From: a virus
Taxonomy: Duplodnaviria > Caudoviricetes
Length of the DNA: 50,326 nt
Virus record (IMG/VR): IMGVR_UViG_3300027893_000005
Coordinates: 1 to 50,326 of that record
Reading direction: 5' to 3' (one strand)
Shown here: piece after piece, positions 26,572 to 36,069 of the stretch
Numbering within the stretch: position 1 is the first letter of the stretch
Layout of the letters: each line of letters opens with the position of its first letter
Notes under the pieces: generated by a model
The model's input: only the letters and a program-made list of their open reading frames with translations
Databases searched by the model: none
Told to the model about the DNA's origin: nothing
Made by a program: the position numbers and the translations under genes

Positions 26572-26938
26572 TGATGAGAAGCGGGCAGCACTCGACCCTG
26601 CTATCCACCTGTTGGGCCTCGCTCTGCGAGCCAACTTTCCCACCGGCAAGGAGTTGGCTGGCCCCCTCAACTATGCCATCACCCGCCTTCTTCTGGAGAC
26701 CCTACCGGAGGCGACCACCTACTCCCGTACTGCCCTGCTCATTGGCGTACTGGAGACACTCAAGCTGGAGTTCTACCGCCGGGTGGCTGTGCCCTACGAG
26801 GTGCGCAAGGCCGAGGAGAATGGCGACGTGTACGATTGCCCGCACGACCGAGAGGTGCCCTGCCTGGACAAGGGCGGCACCTTTACCATCTGTGCCGACT
26901 GTGGGCAGGAGGTCAACGATGGATCAGAGGGAGAATGA
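26558..26938 (+). CDS. Conserved phage protein
   Basis: MPYI..GPLNYAIT..KLEFYRRVAVPYE..NGDVY motif common in phage nucleotide-metabolism clusters. Confidence 0.75.
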   Translation: MPYIDDEKRAALDPAIHLLGLALRANFPTGKELAGPLNYAITRLLLETLPEATTYSRTALLIGVLETLKLEFYRRVAVPYEVRKAEENGDVYDCPHDREVPCLDKGGTFTICADCGQEVNDGSEGE

Positions 26939-27413
26939 ACTGGTCAGTGTGTATCTGAGTGGGCCTATCCGTGGCCAGAGCTACGCCGGTGCGACCGGCT
27001 GGCGGGAGACACTGACCGGGCTGCTAGTCCCGCACGGGTTCATAATCTATGATCCCATGCGTGGCAAGGAGTACCTGGCCCGCAAGAAGAAGATCACGGG
27101 CTCCTACGAGGAGCACCCCTTGTCCAGCCAGCGGGCTATCTGGATGCGCGACATGTGGGACGTGCGCCGGTGTGACATCATGGCTGTCTACCTGCTAGAG
27201 GCAGGCGACGTGGTGAGCATTGGCACCATGCTGGAGATCGGCGGTGCTGCCATCCTCAACAAGCCTATGGTAGGGTGCTGGGAGGATAACACTCCGCACG
27301 ACCATCCCATGCTGCGCGAGGCCATCAGCGTCCGAGCCAAAGACCTTGACGAGTTGGCCGAGCTTATCATCGGGCTCAAGGGGGCTCAGCATGAGCAGAC
27401 CCTGGATAGTTGA
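26919..27413 (+). CDS. Nucleoside 2-deoxyribosyltransferase-fold protein (NDT/DNPH1-like)
   Basis: VYLSGPI, D..DVRRCD, SIGTMLEIG (catalytic Glu), KPMV. Confidence 0.85.
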   Translation: MDQRENELVSVYLSGPIRGQSYAGATGWRETLTGLLVPHGFIIYDPMRGKEYLARKKKITGSYEEHPLSSQRAIWMRDMWDVRRCDIMAVYLLEAGDVVSIGTMLEIGGAAILNKPMVGCWEDNTPHDHPMLREAISVRAKDLDELAELIIGLKGAQHEQTLDS

Positions 27414-27762
27414 CGAGGGTCAGCGTGACCCGAAGGAGCGTGACCACATGGGAGCAGGGAAGCATGACCGTCTCTGGTTCTCTATGTCGCCCACTGGCCA
27501 GTCAGTCCCTACCTCCGTGCCGGAGACGGTGCGGAAACTGTGCCAGCGGCTGACCGGCAAGGGCAAGGGCAGCTACATCTCTACCATCCTGCGTGATTGC
27601 ACCGTGACGGTGGAGGTGCTCAGCTTTGACATGTTGTGGAAGTGGGAAGTGAAGAAGGGCGGTGAGGTCGTGGACTACGGTATCGCCAAGGCCACCCTCA
27701 GTGAGTACGGCTTCGACATCGCCCTGGAGAAGGAGGAAGGTTATGATCGGGACATATCATAG
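27391..27762 (+). CDS. Hypothetical protein (123 aa)
   Basis: Operon packing. Confidence 0.55.
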   Translation: MSRPWIVDEGQRDPKERDHMGAGKHDRLWFSMSPTGQSVPTSVPETVRKLCQRLTGKGKGSYISTILRDCTVTVEVLSFDMLWKWEVKKGGEVVDYGIAKATLSEYGFDIALEKEEGYDRDIS

Positions 27763-28558
27763 GATGCCGGGCAGCTTGCTCATCTTCAGCCCCCGGCCCG
27801 GTATTACCGTCACCGGAGCGTCCGGTGCCTGCGTCGAGTTCGAGACTCCACCCAACGAGGGACTGATCATCATGGTCACGCCCATCGATCCTCTCTGCGT
27901 GCTCGTCCTTCTGGACAACTGGCCCGACAACCCCGGCATCGCCATCCACCAGCACCCGCACCCTGCCCCCTTCGGTGCCGTGTGGGACTTGCAGCACAAC
28001 CTGACGCCGCAAGCCATATCCGGGAATCCTACCCGCTTCCAGCCCGTCGAGGAGGTGGCGCTGGTAGGAGCCCCCAACGGGGCCGTGCTGCTTATCAACG
28101 ACTGCGACCAACCCTCCTCGATCACGGACTACGTGCGCAGTCACCCAGCCTACGAGCCATTGCCACTCGCTGAGCAGGCATTCCGGGCCTACGCTACGGC
28201 CGCTCTGGAAGCTGGCGTTGCAGCCATCCCTATCCACTTTGGCATTGACAATATCGCCAACCTCTTCGGTGCCGGTGTCTCCTTTGCCCACCGCTACCCG
28301 ACCATCGTCAAGTGGGCGCTCAGGCGGACGCAGTACCCCTATGTTGTCTGGGATGGCAGCCAGGGGTTCATGAAGGAGAAGCTAGACAACCTTGAGAGCG
28401 TCCTGACCGAGCACGCCGGAGAGTGGGAGGGCGTGCGCGTTGAGGGCGAGGAGGCGGCAGGGCTGGAGGCAGAGTTGCCGGACTTCCTCAAGGGTCAGCT
28501 TCACGACCTACTGCGCGACTTGAACCTGGGCGAGGGGGACGATGGCCCGGTATCTTGA
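27743..28558 (+). CDS. Hypothetical protein (271 aa)
   Basis: AAGGAGG RBS; directly upstream of the polymerase. Confidence 0.6.
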   Translation: MIGTYHRMPGSLLIFSPRPGITVTGASGACVEFETPPNEGLIIMVTPIDPLCVLVLLDNWPDNPGIAIHQHPHPAPFGAVWDLQHNLTPQAISGNPTRFQPVEEVALVGAPNGAVLLINDCDQPSSITDYVRSHPAYEPLPLAEQAFRAYATAALEAGVAAIPIHFGIDNIANLFGAGVSFAHRYPTIVKWALRRTQYPYVVWDGSQGFMKEKLDNLESVLTEHAGEWEGVRVEGEEAAGLEAELPDFLKGQLHDLLRDLNLGEGDDGPVS

Positions 28559-30647
28559 TGTCCCCCATAGGTGGAGACAGACCAGCGAGCCCGAACTGTC
28601 CACAGAGGGCACGTTCATTGTGCTCTCAGACGGGCGGGTCAAGACCCTCCTGCACCTGATTGAGCACGGTAGGCCGGGCGACGTGATGAGCGTGCACCCC
28701 GACCGTCTGGACTTTTGGTTGTGTCTGCCCGACTACGTGACGTTGCGCACCTACCCCGATGGCGAGGAGATTCGCAAGCGCCTGAGCCCGTGGGACTGGG
28801 CCTGCAAACTGCTTGGCGTTCCTTCCCAATACAGGAAGAAGAAGCCCAGCGAGCGGTCTAAGTTCCTCTATGCCTGGAATGGTGCCTTCGAGTTGGCCGT
28901 ACAGGTCGGGACAGCTTATGAGAAGCGCAACGCCCGCCATGCTGCCACCACCGATGAGCCCATACCCTTGGACAAGATGAGGGCTGCCCCCCGCCTGGCC
29001 CTGGACACTGAGGTGGACGTTATCAAGAAGAACAAGCCCATGCCCACCCGCGATCCCATCCTGGGTGTGTCCATTGGGTGGGAGGACGGCGAGTGCTGGA
29101 TACCGACCGAGCAGATCATCGATCCGCGCACCGGTGGCTGGACTAACCTGGCTCACCAGTTGGCCAGCATCCTCTACGATCCTGCCAAGACTCTTATCGG
29201 GCACCATGCCAAGTTCGACGAGATCGTCATGCACCGCCTGGGATTCCACGAGTTCAAGTTCGACCATGACACCATGCTCCTGTCCTACATGCACGGTGGC
29301 CGCTACCCGGCCGGTCTGAAGAAGCTCATCTATGCCCTGCGCAGACGCCCGGCGCAGGAGATTGGGCCACTCATCGACCGGTACGGTCGGGTCTCCAACA
29401 TTCCCAAGGCTACCCTCATCCCTTACGCCAAGGCCGACGCTCGCAATACCTACGATGCCGACGAGGACTTGGAGAAGCTGCCCATTGACCCCATGTATGA
29501 CGAGATCGAGATGCCCATCTCCCGCCTCCTCTGCTCAATGGAGGAGCAGGGTTGGCAGGTTGACAATAGCCGTCTCGACCAGGTAGAATCCGAACTAGAG
29601 AAAGCGATGGAGGCGGCAGCGGAGAAGCTCGCGCCCTACGGCATCACGTCTCCCACCAAGAACCAGGAGGTAGCTGCCTTCTTCATCGGGGAGGGATTCG
29701 ACCTGCCCATGACGCAGATTGGCTACAGCGTGGACAAGGACGTGCTGCGTACTATCGATCATCCCGCTGTCGAGCATCTCCTGGACTACCGTGAGGCCCA
29801 CAAGCGAGCCACCAACTGGGTGCGTGCCATGCGCCGGACTCAGGACGAGCGTGGCTACATCCATCCCAACTTCAGACAGGCCCCTGTCAGTGGGCGTCTG
29901 TCCTGCTCTAATCCCAACGTTCAGAACTACACCTACGACATTCGATCCTGCCTAGTGCCTGACCCCGGCCAGTGGCTGGTCGCAGCAGACATGTCCCAGT
30001 TCGAGATGCGTATCATGGCCAAGGCTTCGGGCGACCCCACCCTTATCCGGGAGTATCTGGATAACGTAGACGTGCACGCCCTTAACCAGGCAGCGCTCCA
30101 TTTGCCCACCCGTCGTGCCGCCAAGGATACGATGTACGGCATCGGCTACGGTCTGGGTGAGGCGACGCTGGCTGCGAACCTGACCAAGAAGGGTGAGCCC
30201 ACCACCATCCCGGAAGCCAGGGCCTTCATGAATTCCATCTACGGCAAGTACAACCGTCTCCGGCCCTGGAAGAAGGAGGAGCTTGCCCGCTTCCGGGCCA
30301 ATGGCTGCATCGCCCTGACTATGGCTGGCCGTCCCCGCTGGCTGCCAGAGCTTCTCTTCGATGACGTTGAGCTTCGGGGCCATGCCGAGCGTGCGGCCGT
30401 CAACCACATCATTCAGGGCACAGCGGCCGACCTGATGAAGATCGGCATGCTTATCCTGGAGGAGTACCTGCCTCGACATGGTGCCCGCCAATTGGCTCAG
30501 GTTCATGACGAGTTTGTGATCAGCACGCCCAACCCCTTCGCTACTTGGGACGCGCTGATGGTAGTGATGGAAGAGTTTCAGCGCTGGCTCGACCCCGTGC
30601 CGGTGGGCATTGATGTGCTGGTTGGGCTACACTGGGGCTTCAAGTGA
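28542..30647 (+). CDS. polA: DNA polymerase family A with 3'-5' exonuclease
   Basis: Exo I LDTE, Exo II HAKFD, Exo III YAKAD; GRLS..PNVQN; motif A DMSQFEMR, motif B RRAAKDTMYG..YG (Tyr at the 762-equivalent site), motif C VHDE. Confidence 0.95.
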   Translation: MARYLDVPHRWRQTSEPELSTEGTFIVLSDGRVKTLLHLIEHGRPGDVMSVHPDRLDFWLCLPDYVTLRTYPDGEEIRKRLSPWDWACKLLGVPSQYRKKKPSERSKFLYAWNGAFELAVQVGTAYEKRNARHAATTDEPIPLDKMRAAPRLALDTEVDVIKKNKPMPTRDPILGVSIGWEDGECWIPTEQIIDPRTGGWTNLAHQLASILYDPAKTLIGHHAKFDEIVMHRLGFHEFKFDHDTMLLSYMHGGRYPAGLKKLIYALRRRPAQEIGPLIDRYGRVSNIPKATLIPYAKADARNTYDADEDLEKLPIDPMYDEIEMPISRLLCSMEEQGWQVDNSRLDQVESELEKAMEAAAEKLAPYGITSPTKNQEVAAFFIGEGFDLPMTQIGYSVDKDVLRTIDHPAVEHLLDYREAHKRATNWVRAMRRTQDERGYIHPNFRQAPVSGRLSCSNPNVQNYTYDIRSCLVPDPGQWLVAADMSQFEMRIMAKASGDPTLIREYLDNVDVHALNQAALHLPTRRAAKDTMYGIGYGLGEATLAANLTKKGEPTTIPEARAFMNSIYGKYNRLRPWKKEELARFRANGCIALTMAGRPRWLPELLFDDVELRGHAERAAVNHIIQGTAADLMKIGMLILEEYLPRHGARQLAQVHDEFVISTPNPFATWDALMVVMEEFQRWLDPVPVGIDVLVGLHWGFK

Positions 30648-30655
30648 GGTGAGCT

Positions 30656-30940
30656 ATGTGGACTGATTGCCGGAAGACCGGCGGCTGGCTGAGCGAGGAC
30701 TTGGAGTGCGGGATCGACACCGACCCAATGTGTGACCACCACCGCCTGGTGAACGACCACCCGCTCGTCACGTTCCGGGCCAGGGGAGAGCCGGAACCCA
30801 GCATTGAGGAGTACCTGGACATGCTGTGCGGTGACCGCAACCACCGGCTCACCGTCCGGCACCTGTTCCTCTGCCTGCTGGTGTGCGTCCCGGTGTGCGC
30901 CACTGTGTGCATCATCCTGGACAAGCTGATCGGAGGCTGA
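30656..30940 (+). CDS. Small protein with C-terminal TM helix
   Basis: GAGGTG RBS. Confidence 0.55.
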   Translation: MWTDCRKTGGWLSEDLECGIDTDPMCDHHRLVNDHPLVTFRARGEPEPSIEEYLDMLCGDRNHRLTVRHLFLCLLVCVPVCATVCIILDKLIGG

Positions 30941-30941
30941 T

Positions 30942-31139
30942 ATGGAAAGCTGCGACATGTGCAACGTTGACCTTGGCGGCACCTGCGACCACTGTGGGGC
31001 CAGGGTCTGCGAACAGTGCGTCCGCGTCTGTAATGAGTGCGGCGACACCTGCTGCTCCGGCTGCTACGACGACGAGAAGGACATGTGCCTCACCTGCGTC
31101 GAAGAGGGCCAGGAGCACGAGGAGGATGACGATGAATAG
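30942..31139 (+). CDS. Cys-rich acidic mini-protein (65 aa, 13 Cys)
   Basis: Six CxxC pairs; GGAGG RBS. Confidence 0.65.
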   Translation: MESCDMCNVDLGGTCDHCGARVCEQCVRVCNECGDTCCSGCYDDEKDMCLTCVEEGQEHEEDDDE

Positions 31140-31503
31140 CGCAGACTTCATGAAGCTGCGACAGGTGCTGGACAACCAGTGCCTGGACATACTGGAAGAC
31201 CGTGGCCCGAAGTACGCCGGGATCGGTGAGCAACGAGACCGCTTCGCCAACTTCAAGCTCATCGCTGAGTTGTTCACCAACTTCGGCGTGGACACGGCCA
31301 CCCCGGAGGGCGTGCTGGCCGTCTACATGATGAAGCACGTCTTCTCCATCCTGTCCTACCTGGGCAACAATCGCAACGACGAGACCCGCAAGACCGTGCT
31401 CACCAGCAATATCCCGGATACCCGCAACTACCTCGACCTGCTCTATGCCCTCATCCGGGAAGGCATCTCTCTGGAGCGCTTCGCTCCCCAGCCGGAGAAG
31501 TAG
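31132..31503 (+). CDS. MazG-like / nucleotide-modification-associated helical protein
   Basis: RGPKYA..DRFANF..MMKH..DTRNYL pattern. Confidence 0.6.
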   Translation: MNSADFMKLRQVLDNQCLDILEDRGPKYAGIGEQRDRFANFKLIAELFTNFGVDTATPEGVLAVYMMKHVFSILSYLGNNRNDETRKTVLTSNIPDTRNYLDLLYALIREGISLERFAPQPEK

Positions 31504-31506
31504 CCA

Positions 31507-32199
31507 GTGGGGAACCCGCCCGACAAGCCCTCGTCCCGCGCCAAGCAGGTCGTCCACCATCCGGGCGCTATCAGTGACCCGTCCGAGATCGTGGTGCCAC
31601 CTCCCCACATCCGGGAGGACGCTAACGAGCGCGGGTACATGGGCACCTTCCAGGACAGCAAGGAGGCGGCTGAGACCCAAACGCAGTACGTTCGCCTGCC
31701 GGTGGACATCATGCGCCTGGTGTACCAGATCGTCAACGATCCCCAGGAGGTGTACGGGGGCAATGCCGCTGCCTTCTTCCGGCACGCTGCCTACGAGCTT
31801 ATCTACGCCCACTACGAGCGGCGGCTGGGGAAGCGCAACGCGCCTCAGATTGTCCAGTATCTGCGCCAGGTGGAGCTTGCCCGTGAGCACGCCTGGGAGA
31901 TGCACGCCGTCCGTGGCCTGAAGGACTTCATCCGTGGCTTCACAATGTTCCTGGCCCAGGCCATCGAACACCGCAACAGTATGGACGTGCACCGCAAGCT
32001 GGACGGGCTCGCTACCCTCATGCAAAAGAGCAAGTCCGATACCTGGACAGCGGAGTTCAAGGGTCTGATCCGCCACGACTCAACGATCAGGGCCGCAGTC
32101 AACTTCCTGACCAGGGAATGGACGGACTCTGAGGATAGGTGGAAGCGCAAGCAGCAGGAGCGTTGGTCTGCCTGGCTGCAAGGACTAGAGGAGGTCTAG
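31507..32199 (+). CDS. Hypothetical protein (230 aa)
   Basis: Long coding-like ORF in the operon. Confidence 0.6.
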   Translation: MGNPPDKPSSRAKQVVHHPGAISDPSEIVVPPPHIREDANERGYMGTFQDSKEAAETQTQYVRLPVDIMRLVYQIVNDPQEVYGGNAAAFFRHAAYELIYAHYERRLGKRNAPQIVQYLRQVELAREHAWEMHAVRGLKDFIRGFTMFLAQAIEHRNSMDVHRKLDGLATLMQKSKSDTWTAEFKGLIRHDSTIRAAVNFLTREWTDSEDRWKRKQQERWSAWLQGLEEV

Positions 32200-33716
32200 T
32201 GCTCAAGTACACTCCCAAGCAGCTAGGGTTCCCGTACCCCTCGTGGCACCCTGGCCAGGAGCAGGCTATGGAGTGGCTCCTGGACAACTACCAGGATACC
32301 CACGTCATGCTGCTCGACGCGCCTACCGCATCGGGCAAGTCGGCCATCGCCAAGGCTATCGAGCAATTGACCGGCGAGTGGGTGTATGATGCCACCTGGT
32401 CTCGCAAGCTCCAGAAGCAGTACACTGAGGAGTTCCACGTGCCGAACATCATGGGCCGGGGCAACTTCGAGTGCAAGCCCGGCGCTGAACACGGTGCTGA
32501 GTTCTGCGACCTGCGCTTCTGTGACGACGACGACCCGGCCAGGGGCTACCCTGGCGAGCTTGCTCCCCACTGTCCCTTCATTCAGCAATTCAACGCCGGG
32601 ACTGCGGCCCCCTTCGCCGTGCTCAACTACCTTGTGCTGTTCAACTACCTGGGCCATCCCAAGCGGCCCCTGCCCCGACGCGAGTGGCTCGTGTGCGACG
32701 AGGGGCACATGCTGGAGGACGCCATTGGCCAGTACGTTGACGTGTATCTCGACCGGGTGTGGTTCGAGAAGATCGGATTCCCTGTCGAGCTACCCATAGA
32801 CGGGAAGGTCAAGGCCAACATCCTTGACTGGTCTGAGGCGGCTGGCGAAGTGGAGACCATGCGTGAGGACAAGAAGACGCAACTGGCCTGGAACGAAGCT
32901 AAGCGGATGGCTGCCCAGGCTGCCAACAAGATCGCCAAGGGGTTCATCGTTGACGACGATGGCCTGGTCATCTCCATCCGGTGCCTCTGGCCGCTGGAGC
33001 AAGCGCGTGAACTGTTCATTGACTTCTTCCCCCACGTGCTCGTCATGTCTGCCACCATCGGGGACATGGACGCCCTGGCCCGTGCGATGGGCCTGCCGAA
33101 GGATAGCTACAAGAAGCTGTCCGTCCCGTCCTGCATTCCCGTGGGCCAGCGTCCCATCTACATCGAGCCCATCTCCAGCCTCAGCTATAATGCCGAGCCC
33201 GTTGACTACGAACGCATGGCGGATGCTATAATAGATTGGGCACAGAACCAGTTCCCCAGCGAGAAGGGCCTTGTTCATGTGTCCTCGTACATGATGGCGA
33301 AGCGGCTGGGCAGGCTGCTCGCCACTAGGGGCCTGGGTAACCGGGTGGTCATCCAGGACAGACGTGACCCGAAGATACAGGAGTATTGGGAGCGGACAAG
33401 TGGCACCATCCTCTGTTCACCAGTGGCCGGTCTCGGCCTTGATCTCCCCTATCTCTTCGGCTGGCAAGTCATTGCCAAGCTCGCCTACCCTTCCCTATCT
33501 GACAAGATTGTGCGTATGCGCAAGGACATCGACATCAATTGGTATCTCCGGCAGACGGCCAACAAGACCGTGCAGATGGCTGGGCGTGTTTGCCGGACAC
33601 CTACAGACGAGGGGATCACGATCATCGCTGACTCCTCGTTCAAGAACAATGTCTGGAGGCGAGCCCGGAACAGCTTTCCGGGCTGGTTTGCAGAAGCGTT
33701 AAGGTGGCCACAGTAG
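32199..33716 (+). CDS. DinG/XPD-family SF2 helicase
   Basis: Q motif, APTASGKS, four-Cys Fe-S region, DEGH, MSAT, GLDLP, QMAGRVCR..DEG; GTG start after GAGGAGG. Confidence 0.9.
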   Translation: MLKYTPKQLGFPYPSWHPGQEQAMEWLLDNYQDTHVMLLDAPTASGKSAIAKAIEQLTGEWVYDATWSRKLQKQYTEEFHVPNIMGRGNFECKPGAEHGAEFCDLRFCDDDDPARGYPGELAPHCPFIQQFNAGTAAPFAVLNYLVLFNYLGHPKRPLPRREWLVCDEGHMLEDAIGQYVDVYLDRVWFEKIGFPVELPIDGKVKANILDWSEAAGEVETMREDKKTQLAWNEAKRMAAQAANKIAKGFIVDDDGLVISIRCLWPLEQARELFIDFFPHVLVMSATIGDMDALARAMGLPKDSYKKLSVPSCIPVGQRPIYIEPISSLSYNAEPVDYERMADAIIDWAQNQFPSEKGLVHVSSYMMAKRLGRLLATRGLGNRVVIQDRRDPKIQEYWERTSGTILCSPVAGLGLDLPYLFGWQVIAKLAYPSLSDKIVRMRKDIDINWYLRQTANKTVQMAGRVCRTPTDEGITIIADSSFKNNVWRRARNSFPGWFAEALRWPQ

Positions 33717-33719
33717 CGC

Positions 33720-33755
33720 AAGGAGGTGTATCACTATGCCGCTACGGTTCAACAC
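33720..33755 (+). repeat. 36-bp direct repeat, copy 1 (RBS plus first codons)
   Basis: AAGGAGGTGTATCACTATGCCGCTACGGTTCAACAC, identical to 34728-34763. Confidence 0.95.
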
Positions 33756-34638
33756 AAGGAAGGCTGCTGAAGAGGGTGATGAGTTCAGCTACATCGCCCG
33801 CGTGCAGACCTTCCAAGAGGTAGACCTGACGCCGGACGAGCGGGCTGATTATGGTGCCAAGGAGGGCACCGACCAGTTCCAGCTTCTCATCTCTCTGGAG
33901 GGCGTCAGCGTCGAGTGGGTTGGGGACGAAGGCAACCTTCGCACCTTCTGGGCGAAGCGCACCCAGCCCGATGGCCAATCCAAGAAGGGCCGGAACAACA
34001 AGTCGTACCAGATACTCCAGTACCTGATTGCCCCGACTGACCCTGACGACGCAGAGGCGGAGGGCTTCGTGGACAAGGCCGGTAATCCTATCACCGGTCT
34101 GGGCTACGACGACGACGCCCCCGACTTCCCTCAGTGCCTTGAGGGGAAGATCGTCAAGGTAGCTCACCGTTGGGTGACGTTCGGGCGCGACCCGGAGACC
34201 AAGGAGCCCATGCGCTCCATGATCCCGGCGATCCTGGAGATACTGGACGACGACTACGTGCACGAGGGCCAGGTGCCGAAGATCACCTACAAGGGTCGGC
34301 GCACTTCTTCCCGCGAGGAGGGGGAGCCTACCGGCGGTACGGGTGAGGCCAAGGCACCGGAAGAGGTCGAGGCTGCCGATCCGGAGGAGTTCTTCGCGGC
34401 TATCGATGGCAAGCAGCTTCATCTCCAGTCCCTGCACGAGGCCGTCAAGGACAACCCCGGTCTTCAGGTGGAGCCCTACCGCACACTCTACGCTTCCAAG
34501 GCCGGGCGCAAGGCCCTCGTCGATTCCGGCTGCATCAGTGTGGATGACAGCACCCCGCCGGTCATCACGGTCGAGGAGGCCCTTGACCTTGAGGCCCTAG
34601 AGGAGCTTGCTGACTCCGCACGGAAGGCCAAGAAGTAG
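33736..34638 (+). CDS. Acidic replication protein, possible ssDNA-binding protein (300 aa)
   Basis: Very strong RBS; acidic; between helicase and exonuclease. Confidence 0.5.
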   Translation: MPLRFNTRKAAEEGDEFSYIARVQTFQEVDLTPDERADYGAKEGTDQFQLLISLEGVSVEWVGDEGNLRTFWAKRTQPDGQSKKGRNNKSYQILQYLIAPTDPDDAEAEGFVDKAGNPITGLGYDDDAPDFPQCLEGKIVKVAHRWVTFGRDPETKEPMRSMIPAILEILDDDYVHEGQVPKITYKGRRTSSREEGEPTGGTGEAKAPEEVEAADPEEFFAAIDGKQLHLQSLHEAVKDNPGLQVEPYRTLYASKAGRKALVDSGCISVDDSTPPVITVEEALDLEALEELADSARKAKK

Positions 34639-34727
34639 CTTCGGCTCTAGGTTGGTAGGGGCAGGCCGGTCATAGGCGTTTGGCGGAAGGCTGACCTGCC
34701 CCACCTGGAGTGCAGCTAGGAGGCTAT

Positions 34728-34763
34728 AAGGAGGTGTATCACTATGCCGCTACGGTTCAACAC
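34728..34763 (+). repeat. 36-bp direct repeat, copy 2
   Basis: Identical to 33720-33755. Confidence 0.95.
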
Positions 34764-35091
34764 CATGAAAGATATACTGGAACGCTGGCTGAAGGAGGTC
34801 GGGCTACGCAGTGCCCAGTTCCGCTTTTCCCAACAGGGGGAGATTGACAGCCAGTTCGTCACGATCTGCACCCCGGCGCACACGTACCGCCTGCACTTCA
34901 GTGATCGCTATCTGGGCGCTCAGGCCACGTGCCGCCGTGTCCGGGCTGGCGAAGACTGGCTACGCGGGAATGACCTGCCGGACGGCCCGTTCTGTCGGGA
35001 CACGTTCGACCGGATCATGCTGGCTATCGTCGTCTATGAGGCCGTGGAACTGGAGCCGGTGCACAGCTACACCGCCGAGAGCGGGGTGTGA
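34744..35091 (+). CDS. Hypothetical protein (115 aa) sharing N-terminal MPLRFNT with the upstream gene
   Basis: YLGA..RAGEDWLRGNDLPDGPF motif. Confidence 0.7.
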   Translation: MPLRFNTMKDILERWLKEVGLRSAQFRFSQQGEIDSQFVTICTPAHTYRLHFSDRYLGAQATCRRVRAGEDWLRGNDLPDGPFCRDTFDRIMLAIVVYEAVELEPVHSYTAESGV

Positions 35092-35097
35092 CCCACG

Positions 35098-36069
35098 ATG
35101 GATATTGACGGAGAGTTCCTGACCAAGCTGCGTGACGCCATGCTGGATGCTGTGGTGCGGACTCCGATGTACCCCTGGCCAGGGCCACCGCCAGGGATGG
35201 AGGCCAAACCGTCTAGCTCCTACATGGGCGAGCACGCCTGCATGCGCCGGGTCTACCTGGAGCTTATGGCCCGGCTACACCCGGATGACTTCGAAGTTCT
35301 ACAGCGCCCCGGTGACCAACAGGTTCCGGCGCAGCGGGGGTGGGCTCTGGAGAACACCCTGCGCTATTGGCTTGGGATGGCCCAGATGCCTGAGTGCCAG
35401 ATCAGCATCCGGCACTTTGATGGCGCTGTCCTTGGCCCTGGCGCTCGTTACTTCGGGCACCCGGACGACTGGGTACAGTTCACCCCGCCTGCTGGTGAGC
35501 CTGTGCGGTTCCTGCTGGAGTACAAGCACCAGCGGGTCATGGCCTACAGTCAGTTCCTGAAACAGGGCGTCCTTGGGGCCGAGCCGTTGTACTACGCTCA
35601 GGCCCAGTCCATGCTTGCGGCCGACGAGGTAAAGAAGCTGGGCATCAACGCCTGCCTCTTCATCATCACGCCGTTCGACGTGTCTGCGGCCAAGGGCAAC
35701 ATCACAATGGGCAAGCGTCGCAAGGATTACGCCGGTGAGCTAGAGCCGGACTTCCGCACAGTGCCTGACTGCTCCGGCGTACACCCGGTCTTCTACCTGG
35801 AGCTTATCCCGGCCATGCCATCCTTCCAGCGCGGGCTCCTGGCCTGGGCCAAGAAGATCGATGGCTATGTGGAGTCACAGACCTGTCCGCCCCGTAAGTA
35901 CGAGGTCGGCAAGGACTGGCAGTGCGACTACTGCGACCTGCGGTACGCCTGCGAGCAGGCTGGCCCGTGTCTTGGTGGGTGTGAGCATGCGTTCTGCGCC
36001 TCTCAGTACCGGATGAGCGAGGGTGAGCCTTGGGAGTCTGTGGGCACGGAGGAGGATGACGATGACTGA
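35098..36069 (+). CDS. Cas4/AddB-like PD-(D/E)XK exonuclease
   Basis: N-terminal C.RR, GHPD..LLEYK, QAQ motif, C-terminal CDYCDLRYAC Fe-S cysteines. Confidence 0.8.
   Translation: MDIDGEFLTKLRDAMLDAVVRTPMYPWPGPPPGMEAKPSSSYMGEHACMRRVYLELMARLHPDDFEVLQRPGDQQVPAQRGWALENTLRYWLGMAQMPECQISIRHFDGAVLGPGARYFGHPDDWVQFTPPAGEPVRFLLEYKHQRVMAYSQFLKQGVLGAEPLYYAQAQSMLAADEVKKLGINACLFIITPFDVSAAKGNITMGKRRKDYAGELEPDFRTVPDCSGVHPVFYLELIPAMPSFQRGLLAWAKKIDGYVESQTCPPRKYEVGKDWQCDYCDLRYACEQAGPCLGGCEHAFCASQYRMSEGEPWESVGTEEDDDD

Noticed and set aside
35098-36069. CRISPR adaptation system based on the Cas4-like gene
   Set aside because: No cas1/cas2 or array; the context next to a Sak4-like ATPase fits a phage recombination exonuclease.
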